The translations under genes and the position numbers were made by a program. From Chiloscyllium plagiosum (taxonomy: Eukaryota): a DNA stretch of 64,000 nucleotides. Each line of letters opens with the position of its first letter. Within the stretch, counting starts at the first letter, position 1. Below, one piece after another: positions 12,501 through 22,000 of this stretch. Below the pieces are notes generated by a model. The model searched no databases. It worked only from the letters and a program-made list of their open reading frames with translations, and was not told the origin of the DNA. The stretch lies in assembly GCF_004010195.1 (NCBI RefSeq), contig NC_057751.1, positions 19,149,462 through 19,213,461 on the forward strand, read 5' to 3'.

Positions 12501-15500
12501 TATTGAAACTCTCATACTATTGCTCACATGACAGGATTATGAACATATGCTTCCCAAACTATGGCACACTTTAGAACTCGGAGGTTTTAATTTTTAACTG
12601 TCTGCTCTGTGGGTATCATTATTGCCTCAGACTCCGAAAGTGGTTGTTTCAAGTCCCACTCGACTTGAATGTAATAAAGTTTATAACACCGAGTGCAGTA
12701 CTGAGGGAGTACTCCACAATTAAGAGTGCTGTCTTTTAGATGAGCTGTTCAACAAAGGCCCTGTTTGTCCTCTCTAATGAACAGAAACATCTCATTGCTA
12801 TTGCTTTAAAGAAGCAGACAGGTGCGTTCTCCCCCTGTAGTCTGGGGTCAATATTCATCCCTCATCCAATATCACAAAAACAAGTTATCTGTCTTCCCTC
12901 CAGTTACTTCTATATGTAATATTCCTTTGTATTTGCTAGGAATCTTTCTGGCGTATTTCTGCTCACCTGAATGTTCAGCAGTTGCGCAGGATTGCTTCGG
13001 TTATCACCCTGCATGATGGTGATGGAGAGGCAGTGGAACGAGATGAAGATGTTAGTGCAGATCAGAGCTCTGAGGTCTGGCAAGCTCAGGTGGTGGCCAA
13101 GGAGAGGAATGCCACTCCTGCTAAAGGTAATGAAATAAATTGGAGTGACTTTGCAACTGAAACTCTTCTGGTTATGTGTTTTTGTTCCAGGCATGCTATG
13201 GATTTATTTGATCCTTTGAAAATTGGTAACTGTGATGATGCTCCAACCTACTGTGTGGTGAATGTTAGATGCGCATCCACAGGTTTTCAACAACTGGCCC
13301 CAATCCATTCCGCAGACTTGGAGAGCTCCTAAATAAGATATTTCCCTCATCCTTCCCTGGTAGGGAATTCAAAGACCCACCAAGTTTGGCTCATGGAATA
13401 AGGGCAATGCAAGTTTAAAATGTTTTAAAAGTTTAGGGAGAGACTGATTTTTGAAACATTTTCTCTTTCCCTACCCTCTTGGTCTCCACACTTACTGATA
13501 TTTTCATTGTTTTATATTTTGCAGTTGGTGCTGATGAATCCGAAGGGAGGACCAACCAAGCTGATGATTCCTCCTCTGGATCAGACAGTGACATCAAAAG
13601 GCAAGTGCTGATGCATTCATTGGGCTTGTAAGTTGCAGTACACAGAGCCTGGTGGCACAGTGCTAACAATGTGTCACAGCAAGTCTCTCTGAGGAGGATG
13701 TAGACTGCTGAGGAGAAAGGGCAACGTGTGATTGAATAAGTGCTGAAGTTGAAATGTTCTTATTACTTGATGACAAAGCTGAGGGTGGCACAGTGTCTCA
13801 GTGGTTAGAACTGCTGCCTCACAGCCCCAGGGACCCAGGTTCGATCCCACCCTCAGGTGACTGTCTGTCAGTGTGGAGTTTGCACATTCTCCGTGTCTGT
13901 GTGGGTTTCCTCCGGGTGCTTCAGTTTCCTCCCACAGTCCAAAGATGTGCAGGTTAGGGTGGATTGGCCATGCTAAATTACCCATAGTGTTCAGGGATGT
14001 GTGGATTAGGTGCATTAGTCAGGGCTAAGTGTAGAGTAATAGGGTTGGGGAATGAGTCTGGGTGAGTTACTCTTCGAAGTGTCAATGTGGACTTGTTGGG
14101 CCAAATAGCCTGTTTCCACACTGTAAGGATTATATGAGCATTACCCACAGAGAAAACATTTGGCTGATGGAAAAAACATTTCTCTGGCTAGATTTAAGAA
14201 TTTGAATGGAATTGCATTTGTGCAGCTTTTTAAGTTGCTGGTTGGTCTCGTTCCACACCATAAAACTGATTTGACCATCTCACTGAGACAAACCACATAA
14301 CATGTTTGGTGTGGAGGGTATCATGCTGGCACAGCAAGGAATTGTGGGGTTTTCTTCAGGGATTTAAGGTTCAGAAATATTGAGGTCAGAGTAAAGGCAG
14401 CGTTACCTTGTATCTGCTCTGTACCTGTAAGATTGATTTTGAGTGTAAAGAGTGGGAAAGTGGTTACATTTTCCAGTACTGGCATCTGTTAGCAAAATAA
14501 AACTATATCTCAATTAGTGAAATGGGGTGGAGTGATTGACGCAGAGCATAAATTAAACCTTTTAGTAAATATCACTGCAGCTAATTTATTCCTACTTCTC
14601 CATCTTCATGGAGCAGGCTGATTCACAATCTCTGAACTTTGACACGGACAGCTGAGATTGCATCATTGTCATTGTGCTCGTTGCTGGATGTGGGCCTGTA
14701 TCCATATCATCCCCTCACTTGGAATGTTCCTTTCCGTCATCCTGTCCTTGCATTACAAGCAACGCAGCTTCAGAAGCACTTTATTGACTGCAATGTGCAT
14801 TGGCAGGTCCCGAGAGCATAAAAGGTGCTGTGTAAATGCAAGTTTCTTACACTCAATGATAGTATCTTTGAAAGATCACTGCGTACTGCAATGTGGATAC
14901 GCATTCCACCACGATGCACGCTGAAAGTGCCATGCTGTAAGTGTTGAATTTATGGAAGGGATGTTCCAGTGATCAGTACCTTTGCTCAGTAAATTTGACC
15001 ATGAATTGTCCTGTGTGGATTAAAAGCAGATTATATTTCATTGTTGCAGTGATGATGAGAAGACCAAACACAAACATCCGCTAAAGCGAAGTCGCCTGCT
15101 CGATAGTGATGATGAACTAGATGATGAGGGTAAGATTCTGTTTTTCTTCAAAAATTGTAAGCTGCAGTAATCAGTTTCTAGGCCTTCTGGCAGAGGCCAG
15201 TGTGCATTGTAGTCACGTGATTTTGCACCACAGTGGGAGGGCAGGGGTTCCCAATAATAGGCCAAGTTGTGCCTCTTGCCCTGTCAAAGAGCCTGCAGCA
15301 GCTAGTATCGATAAGTGGCTGAAGCATATTTTGCACAAGGACAGCATTGATTCTATGGTTTTAATGGTCTTGAATGTGGAATTTCAGTGAAGGAATCTGT
15401 TGACACTGAGATGGTGGAAGAGCCCAAGACTGACTCTGAAGTGTCTGACTCCGAGGTCACCCATAGACTGATTAAAAGGCGGCGGAGAGCAATCGAAGAT

Positions 15501-15515
15501 GATGACGAGGATTAA
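353..15515 (+). CDS. TIMELESS: Protein timeless homolog, 3' portion (16 coding exons; 5' exons lie before the window)
   Basis: Spliced translation matches recalled vertebrate TIMELESS motifs: [90 protein letters not shown]-terminal [13 protein letters not shown]. Exon phases chain without frameshift. Confidence 0.97.
2820..3477 (-). mobile_element. Degenerate LINE 3' end (CR1/L2-group RT C-terminus plus 3' UTR)
   Basis: ORF 3233..3496 contains [34 protein letters not shown]; a similar 3' tail occurs near 40235-40330. Confidence 0.75.
4617..4714 (+). CDS. TIMELESS: TIMELESS exon ([32 protein letters not shown])
   Basis: ccacag acceptor, gtaagt donor, 98 nt, phases 2/1. Confidence 0.95.
4804..4924 (+). 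CDS. TIMELESS: TIMELESS exon ([11 protein letters not shown]...[12 protein letters not shown])
   Basis: ccacag acceptor, gtaata donor, 121 nt, phases 1/2. Confidence 0.95.
4968..5298 (-). mobile_element. tRNA-derived SINE (HE1/V-SINE-like)
   Basis: Reverse complement of the gtggttagcactgctgcctcacagcgccagg head; conserved core; CR1-like tail. Confidence 0.85.
5320..5537. repeat. (CT)n-rich low-complexity tract
   Basis: Pyrimidine-rich CT repeats; source of several spurious ORFs. Confidence 0.9.
5564..5765 (+). CDS. TIMELESS: TIMELESS exon ([36 protein letters not shown]...DPASSSYQ)
   Basis: ctttcag acceptor, gtaggt donor, 202 nt, phases 2/0. Confidence 0.95.
6263..6408 (+). CDS. TIMELESS: TIMELESS exon ([32 protein letters not shown]...YRKDEQ), GC donor
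   Basis: aatag acceptor; AG|GCAAGT donor gives the phase 2 that the next exon requires. Confidence 0.92.
6780..6868 (+). CDS. TIMELESS: TIMELESS exon ([29 protein letters not shown])
   Basis: ttttacag acceptor, gtatgt donor, 89 nt; start of the Myb/HTH-like repeat. Confidence 0.93.
7083..7370 (+). mobile_element. CR1-clade LINE 3' fragment
   Basis: FP.VEG.RTRGHRF motif and 3' UTR. Confidence 0.7.
7491..7619 (-). mobile_element. Short Penelope-terminus-derived insertion (family A), 9-bp TSD tattctgtt
   Basis: Same sequence as the terminus at 7817-7945; TSD at 7482-7490 and 7620-7628. Confidence 0.8.
7653..7776 (+). CDS. TIMELESS: TIMELESS exon ([42 protein letters not shown])
   Basis: tttttacag acceptor, gtaagt donor, 124 nt. 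Confidence 0.93.
7817..8320 (-). mobile_element. Penelope-like retroelement 3' fragment (GIY-YIG endonuclease C-terminus plus terminal repeat with a decayed hammerhead)
   Basis: - strand ...MQVLG...[24 protein letters not shown] resembles the Penelope GIY-YIG tail; ccacagg is duplicated at 7812 and 8321. Confidence 0.8.
8830..8912 (+). CDS. TIMELESS: TIMELESS exon ([27 protein letters not shown])
   Basis: ctttaag acceptor, gtaagt donor, 83 nt; resembles human KGTHIVLW. Confidence 0.93.
9244..9386 (+). CDS. TIMELESS: TIMELESS exon ([48 protein letters not shown])
   Basis: ctgaag acceptor, gtattc donor, 143 nt. Confidence 0.94.
10364..10586 (+). CDS. TIMELESS: TIMELESS acidic linker exon (EEEEDFLND...LCSKLQQQ)
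   Basis: tatttcag acceptor, gtgatt donor, 223 nt, phases 0/1. Confidence 0.88.
11300..11400 (-). mobile_element. Deu-core SINE remnant (AmnSINE/SacSINE-like); similar remnants near 12620-12880, 14730-14845, 38545-38690, 48135-48420 and 57200-57260
   Basis: Recurring degenerate motif gccaatgaagtacttttgaag..tagtcact.ttgtaatgtaggaaac; family name from memory. Confidence 0.55.
11663..11731 (+). CDS. TIMELESS: TIMELESS exon ([23 protein letters not shown]), PARP1-binding domain
   Basis: atccag acceptor, gtcagt donor, 69 nt; conserved PLLWLQNCL. Confidence 0.94.
12052..12170 (+). CDS. TIMELESS: TIMELESS exon ([40 protein letters not shown])
   Basis: atgcag acceptor, gtaaac donor, 119 nt. Confidence 0.94.
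12940..13126 (+). CDS. TIMELESS: TIMELESS exon ([22 protein letters not shown]...NATPAK)
   Basis: ttgctag acceptor, gtaatg donor, 187 nt. Confidence 0.92.
13525..13600 (+). CDS. TIMELESS: TIMELESS exon ([25 protein letters not shown]); GC donor at 13601, or in-frame GT donor at 13628
   Basis: ttttgcag acceptor; AAG|GCAAGT and CTT|GTAAGT both leave phase 2. Confidence 0.8.
13783..14136 (+). mobile_element. tRNA-derived SINE (HE1-like), full length
   Basis: A/B-box-like head (cagtggtt ... ggttcgatccc), core and tail. Confidence 0.87.
15050..15129 (+). CDS. TIMELESS: TIMELESS exon ([27 protein letters not shown])
   Basis: gttgcag acceptor, gtaaga donor, 80 nt; resembles human KRRQLLDSDEE. Confidence 0.9.
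15388..15515 (+). CDS. TIMELESS: TIMELESS last coding exon (VKESVDTE...[14 protein letters not shown])
   Basis: atttcag acceptor, TAA at 15513-15515; basic NLS-like cluster followed by an acidic end, as in the human C-terminus. Confidence 0.92.
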
Positions 15516-15716
15516 TTGTAATGAATTTGGTTTTTGGAAATGGTTTTGAACACTGGATCGAAGATTCATTTTCGTGTTCATCAAATATTACAATTCTTCA
15601 TGCAAGTTTTGAAAGCAGTTCATTCACTGGGTGAAACAGTAGAATATATACTTTACATACAGTATTTTAAACCACCTGTGCTTGTACTCCCATTTTAAAT
15701 TATATTTTACAAAGCC

Positions 15717-15722
15717 AATAAA
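15717..15722 (+). terminator. Candidate proximal polyadenylation signal of TIMELESS
   Basis: AATAAA about 200 nt after the stop codon; a second AATAAA lies at 17085-17090. Confidence 0.5.
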
Positions 15723-17227
15723 AAGTGAAGTATTCAGAGAGTGAGAAACAATGATAGGATTGTACAGCTTTCATGATCCATAGGCACCTTGTGGAAATGA
15801 AAAGATAGAATCTCTGGAGAAACCTTATCATTATCCTGGCTTCTTGCTTGGGTGTAGGCTGACTCTGTATCCATTTCAATTAATGTGTATGTAACCAACC
15901 ATATGTAATCCTTTGTGAAATATTTGTCATGAACAGCAATGAAACCTTGGATTAGAGCATAAGGCTTTCCTCATTGCAGCATTTAGCTTTGTGCTTATCA
16001 TTATTTGGTAGAGCGTTGGTTCCATCTTAGTTTGTTTTAAACCTGACATTTGGAAATTTTCTACTTTGTTTATGGCCTGAAATTAATTACAATTTATGTG
16101 GGTTGCTTGAATATTTTAAATTTGACAGATTTACCTTGAATAATGTCTATGCATCACTCTTCTGCACATATTGAATAGCTGAATTAATTAATAATTAGGG
16201 CAGACTCATTGGAGATTTGTCCATTTTATATCATGTGCAAGGTGATTTCTGCTATACATTTTAGCTTATCAAAGCCTATTCCTTCATGTCACATGTTTCC
16301 ATTGAAATCCAAATCTCTGATATCCTCACTCTTATCATTATAGCATCTTGCTGTGCCCATTGCTTCTCCCTCTCCTATACTGCCCACAAAATTACTCCAC
16401 ACCTTTCAAAAGTTTGATCGAAGGAGTTTGTTTTGATATTAAATGGTGTTAGTATTTTGTACACTACTGTGCCAAATACTTCAGTTCTGTTTTTCATTTA
16501 CCAGAGTGGAATTTCCTGTGCTTCCATATTGAAGCTTGACACTTTCAAAAGAGAGGAAGATTTATCTCAAGGAAGTTTCAGTGCTGGAGAAGTTGGATAT
16601 TAATTTCCTGTTGGCTGTAATTGGCAGATTATAGTAAAATATTGGAACTGCCCAGTGTACCTCGCTAGAATATTACCTTTAGGTTGGATAAGTCCTGCAA
16701 TTCAGCCTGTAATGAATTCCCCAGGTGTTCCCTGTGTTTGGGGGAAAATAACTGCCTAGCAATCCTTCGTATAAAAGAGTTACTGGACAAATTAAATGCT
16801 GAAATGGGGGAAATCCATGATCTTTTTGTGGATGAATAGATTAGCTAGCTTACTTTACTCGGTTGTCATTAACTTGTGATCTGAAAGTCCTAAGACTGTA
16901 GTCTCCTAGTGATTAAAGAGATACTTTGATCAAACCTTGCATGAAGAATAACTTGTAAGGTGGAAGTTGGATTATTCCACGAGCATGACGCTTTGTTTTC
17001 ACATTGAACTGTGCTATTCAAAGAAACTAGACATCTTTGTATTTGATTTGTGAATACAAGTGATTTTTTACAGCATAATCCAAAAATAAATATAAAATGT
17101 GTTGCAACATAATTATATTTTCAACTTAAAATTAAAATTTGTAATAGGTACTATTTCCTATTTATGCAGTAGAGTTTTCATTTTCATCTTTTCTCGTTTG
17201 GCGTGAGAGTTGAAAGAAGTGTGGCTC

Positions 17228-17233
17228 TTTATT
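17228..17233 (-). terminator. Candidate polyadenylation signal of the myosin gene
   Basis: TTTATT on + (AATAAA on -); the nearest canonical hexamer I found downstream of the stop at 18917. Confidence 0.35.
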
Positions 17234-18916
17234 AGGGTGAATGGTCTTAAGATTGTATGGTATTAAAAATCTGGTCTAATGTTGGTGAGTTTGCAATTCC
17301 AAGGTGTTTCAGTATTTGAACTATGAAACTTCTGAAATTGCTTTAGTTTTAAGCGTCAAACTGGTGCAAGTGAGCAAAATGTGCTCACTTAACTCTACTT
17401 CTTTGAGTCACTTGTAGCAATCTTGTATATGCCTAGCTAAATGTCCTAGAGTGAAAGATTGAGCTTAAATTGGTTTCTGCTAATGTAATGATTGATCTGT
17501 GAGGTATGTTCCATTTACAAAATAAGGTCTACTAGCATATATGTAGTGGTGTGAAAGTTCAGACTGAAGCTCTTTCACAGTATTATACTTGTGTCTAATT
17601 CACTTGCACAATACATTTAACATTGTCAGACAACTCAGTGAGCTCAGATATAACACCACACACAAACTGACACTGAGAGCAATGTCTTAAAGGAGGTGGA
17701 TGGAGGGATGCAGTGTACATTTTAAGGGTATCACCAATGTTCCTTTCAACTATTCCTCCCAAATCTTAATGCTGAACACATTCTAGAATATAGGCTAAAT
17801 ACCATTACTGACACATTTGCAGATGCATACTAGTTAAATAAATTCCCTGTTATTATATTAGTGTCATACAGAGTTCAGGCCATGGCCTCCTGTGTTAGCC
17901 AGCAATGTAATCAACCTCAGTGTGCCTAGGCTAGGAAGTGGAGAGTGTGAGAGAGAATCAGCCAGTTGCTCACAATCCAGTATGTCTTGCTGAGGGAAAG
18001 ATGGCTGCTGCCAGGGTGCTGGCCTGGCCTGTTAATAAAATCAGAGGAGGTATCTCAGCTGGATACTATGGTTGGACTCTAATCTCCTGAAAAGTATGCA
18101 GGTAGTTTGGTTAAGTGAAGGCAATGTTTGATTTGGTTATGATGATTACTACAGCCTAATAGTCCACTGACATGAAGCCCAGTTTGGTGAACAAATGCCA
18201 CCATTTTCCAATCTGAATTAGTGCAGTAAGGGAATAAAGTGGAGGAGACAAATAAAATTCTAAAATTACAGGCATGTGTAAAATCTGTTTGAGCTGCAAT
18301 TCAGGAAGGACCTTTGTATGTGTAATGTTTCAGGAACATTACCTGAATTTGATTTTCACTGTTAGAGGAGCGGATAATTTTGGCCAAATCTGTCAAAAAT
18401 CAGTTCCCAACTATCAGAAACAGAAATAAAAACATTTTGCCTTCTTTCAGTTCCAACATCTCAATGAGAGAAAATCTTATTCAATGTGATCCCATAATCT
18501 CATGGCAAAGCAGTGCTGAGCATAAATATTAATTGTAATAAGAAGAGTACAGAATATACAGCATTTTCCATGATCGGGTACATGGGAGAGTATTGTCTTC
18601 TTGGCTGACATGATTTAAATTGATCCACATGGAAGAATCTACAGTATGTACGATGATTGGCAAGCATTTGAGGGTTAAAAGCTCTGCTACTTTAGTCCTG
18701 CTTACAAGTTGGGAGCACATATTGCACTAGTGCTGCAGAATGTTTCTTCTTTGGTTCCCATACGAATCAATGTACATCAAGCCCAGAACCTACTGGTAAA
18801 GTGATGATTAATCAAAAGTTGCTGTTTGTTTTAAAAATAAACTGCTGCTGCTTTGAGGCCTCAGGTCTGAGAGATTCCACAATCCTGAGTAGAGATAGAT
18901 GTTGAAGCCACCGCTG

Positions 18917-19040
18917 TTAGGGAACCTGGACCTCGAGTAAGTGACTGTTTTTCTTCTTGCACACCGGAATATTTCCATTTTTCCCTGTTGTTTTTACAAA
19001 CTTCACAGAGACTGTGGTTTTGTTGAACTTAAGAGAGAGT
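18917..19040 (-). CDS. MYO1A: Myosin-I last coding exon ([40 protein letters not shown])
   Basis: ttgcag acceptor, TAA at 18919-18917, 124 nt. Confidence 0.93.
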
Positions 19041-22000
19041 CTGCAAAGGAGAAAATTGGGCAAAGCTTTAAGCTGCAATAAAGCACTGTGTATGATACCA
19101 AATCGGTTTGTCTGTGATCTCTCTCTTGAGAAAGTTTCCTGGGAGTGTTTGATGGGGAATAGTAGAGAGGGAGCTGTACTCTGTGTATCTAACCCCATGC
19201 TGCCGCTGTCCTGGAGTATTTGGGGGAGGGGGAGCGGTGTGGAGAGGGTTTTACTTTGTATCTAACCCCCTGTCCCTGGGAGTGTTTGATGTGGGGGACA
19301 GTGTGGAGGGAGCTTTACTCTGTATCAAACCCCCTGTCCCTGGGAGTGTGTGATAGGGGGACAGTGTAGAGGGAGCTTTACTCTGTATCTAAACCCCTTG
19401 TTTGATTGGGGGGGGGGGGGGGGTGGGAGCAGACAGTATAGAGGAAGATTTACTCTGTATCTGACCCCATGCTGTCCCTGTCCTGGGAGTGTTTGAGGGG
19501 GCAGCAGTGTAGAGAGAGCTTTACTGAAAATGTGTTGCTGGAAAAGCGCAGCAGGTCAGGCAGCATCCAAGGAGCAGGAGAATCGATGTTTCGGGCATGA
19601 GCCCTTCATGCCCGAAACGTCGATTCTCCTGCTCCTTGGATGCTGCCTGACCTGCTGCGCTTTTCCAGCAACACATTTTCAGCTCTGATCTCCAGCATCT
19701 GCAGTCCTCACTTTCTCCTAGAGAGAGCTTTACTCTGTATCTAACCCCTGTGCCTGGGAGTGTTTGATGGGGGGACGGTGTAGAGTGAGCTTTACTGTGT
19801 ATCTAACCCCATGCTGTCCCTGTCCTGGGAGTGTTTGATGGGGGGACAGTGTAGAGGGAGCTTTACTCTGTATCTAACCCCATGTTGTCCCTGTCCTGGG
19901 AGTGTTTGATGGGGGACAGTGTAGAGGAAGCTTTACTCTGTACCTCACCCTGTGCTGTCCTGGGAGTGTTTGATGGGGGAAACGGTGTTGAGGGAGCTTT
20001 ACTCTGTAGCTAACCCCATGCTTTCCCTGTCCTGGGAGTGTTTGATGGGGGGGAACAGTGTAGAGGGAGCTTAACTCTGTATCTAACCCCCTGTCCCTGG
20101 GAGTGGGGACGGTGTAGAGGGAGCTTTGCTCTGTATCTAACCCGGTGCTGTCCTGGGATTGTTTGATGGGGGGGAACAGTGTAGAGGGAGCTTTACTCTG
20201 TATCTAAGCCCCTATCCCTGGGAGTGTTTGATTGGGGGGAGCAGTGTAGAGAGAGCTTTACTTTGTATCTAACCCCCTGTCCCTGGGAGTGGGGACGGTG
20301 TAGAGGGAGCTTTACTCTATAACTAACCCCCTGTCCCTGGGAGTGGGGGACGGTGTAAAGGAAGCTTTACTTTGTATCTAACCTCCTATCCCTGGGAGTG
20401 TTTGATGGGGGGACAGTGTAGAGGGAGCTTTACTCTGTATCTAACCCCCTGTCCCTGGGTGTGTGTGATGGAGGGGGAAACAGTGTAGAGGGAGCTTTAC
20501 TCTGTATCTAACCCCCTGTCCCTGGGAGTGGGGAACGGTGTAAAGGAAGCTTTACTCTGTATCTAACCCCCTATCCCTGGGAGTGTTTGATGGGGGGACA
20601 GTGTAGAGGGAGCTTTACTCTGTATCTAACCCCCTGTCCCTGGGTGTGTGTGATGGGGAAACAGTGTAGAGGGAGCTTTACTCTGTATCTAACCCCCTGT
20701 CCCTGGGTGTGTTTGATGGGGAAACAGTGTAGAGGGAGCTTTACTCTGTATCTAACCCCCTGTCCCTGGGAGTGGGGGACGGTGTAAAGGAAGCTTTATT
20801 CTGTATCTAACCCCCTGTCCCTGGGAGTATTTGATGAGGAGACAGTTTAGAGGGAGCTTTACTCTATATCTAACCCCGTGCTGTCCCTGTCTTGAATAGA
20901 TTGCTTCTCCATTCCTCAATAACAAAACATGAAGCTGAAGAACCTGACAATGATAAAAGAACAGCATTGGGTTTGAATTGATCTTCATCTGCATCAAATT
21001 GATTTGTTGTACTTACTCATCCTGTATCTCAAGGTTTATCCTCTGTTGGGTTGTGTCCAATATTGAGCGATGCAGTTTGGTAGTGAGCTCCACAAGATGG
21101 TCACTGTTTAACAGCAAGTCTCCCTTCACTCCAACAGAGGAGTTCTGGAAGGGTGAAGAAATAAAATACATTTTTTTTTTCATTTAAGTCACTTGATTTG
21201 AAAGCAAAATTCCTCTGTCAAAGCTGTACTTTTATAATTTGGAAGGTAGGGTTATTATTAATTTCTAAAAATAATCACTTTCCTGATTTCATACTTTTAA
21301 ACAACTGACTGAACACATTCTTTAAAATGCTACTGTTGCCTAAGATTTTGTTGCAAACATTCATATGGCTTTGTTTTCCTGTGCTTAACATCCCTTCTTT
21401 ATGCTGAACTTACTATGTTCAGAAAGTATTCGTGCTTCAAGTCATAGTTATTTTGAACTGTATTGCTCAGCATACAAACTGTTAATAGGATGCTGATAAT
21501 TGTGGCTGGTAAGTGTTGAACACCACTATGCAATAAAAGATCAAATCTGCATGTTTATTTTAATAGTAATACTGTTGACCTGGGCTCGGTGCATTTTATG
21601 ACTCAAATGATCTTTTATGTAACTGCTGTGCTCTTCCAGCACCACTAATCCAAAATCTTATGTAACCCTATTTAGTGTCAAGCAGCTGGATGGTCAGTAT
21701 TTTCTCAGACTGGTATCAATACAGCTGACTAGCAAAGAGTTGCCAGGGACAACTTTGTCATCAAACATCAAATTATTTCCTTGCTGCACTCCATTTGGTA
21801 CAGGTCCGATTCTAAACCAAGCAGAGAAGGGATGAGACTGTTATCTCGCACAGCCGCGTTTCAAATGGGAGCAGGGCTGAATGACATGATACGCTTATTA
21901 TTTTTCATACTGTTCACGAACCTTGGCATAATTCATTCATCGGCATTTAAGATACTGCTCACCTCCACTATATGTAGCGCAAATAGTCCGTCTTTACACT

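Noticed and set aside
13230..13330. GTGATGA as the C box of an intronic C/D snoRNA
   Set aside because: No suitably placed CTGA D box or terminal stem found.
19581..19626. Hammerhead at the centre of the 77-bp hairpin
   Set aside because: The inversion junction removed the CUG of the core on both strands.
19136..20891. CRISPR-like array of regularly spaced repeats
   Set aside because: The intervening sequences are variants of one unit, not unique spacers; this is a eukaryotic intron with no cas genes.
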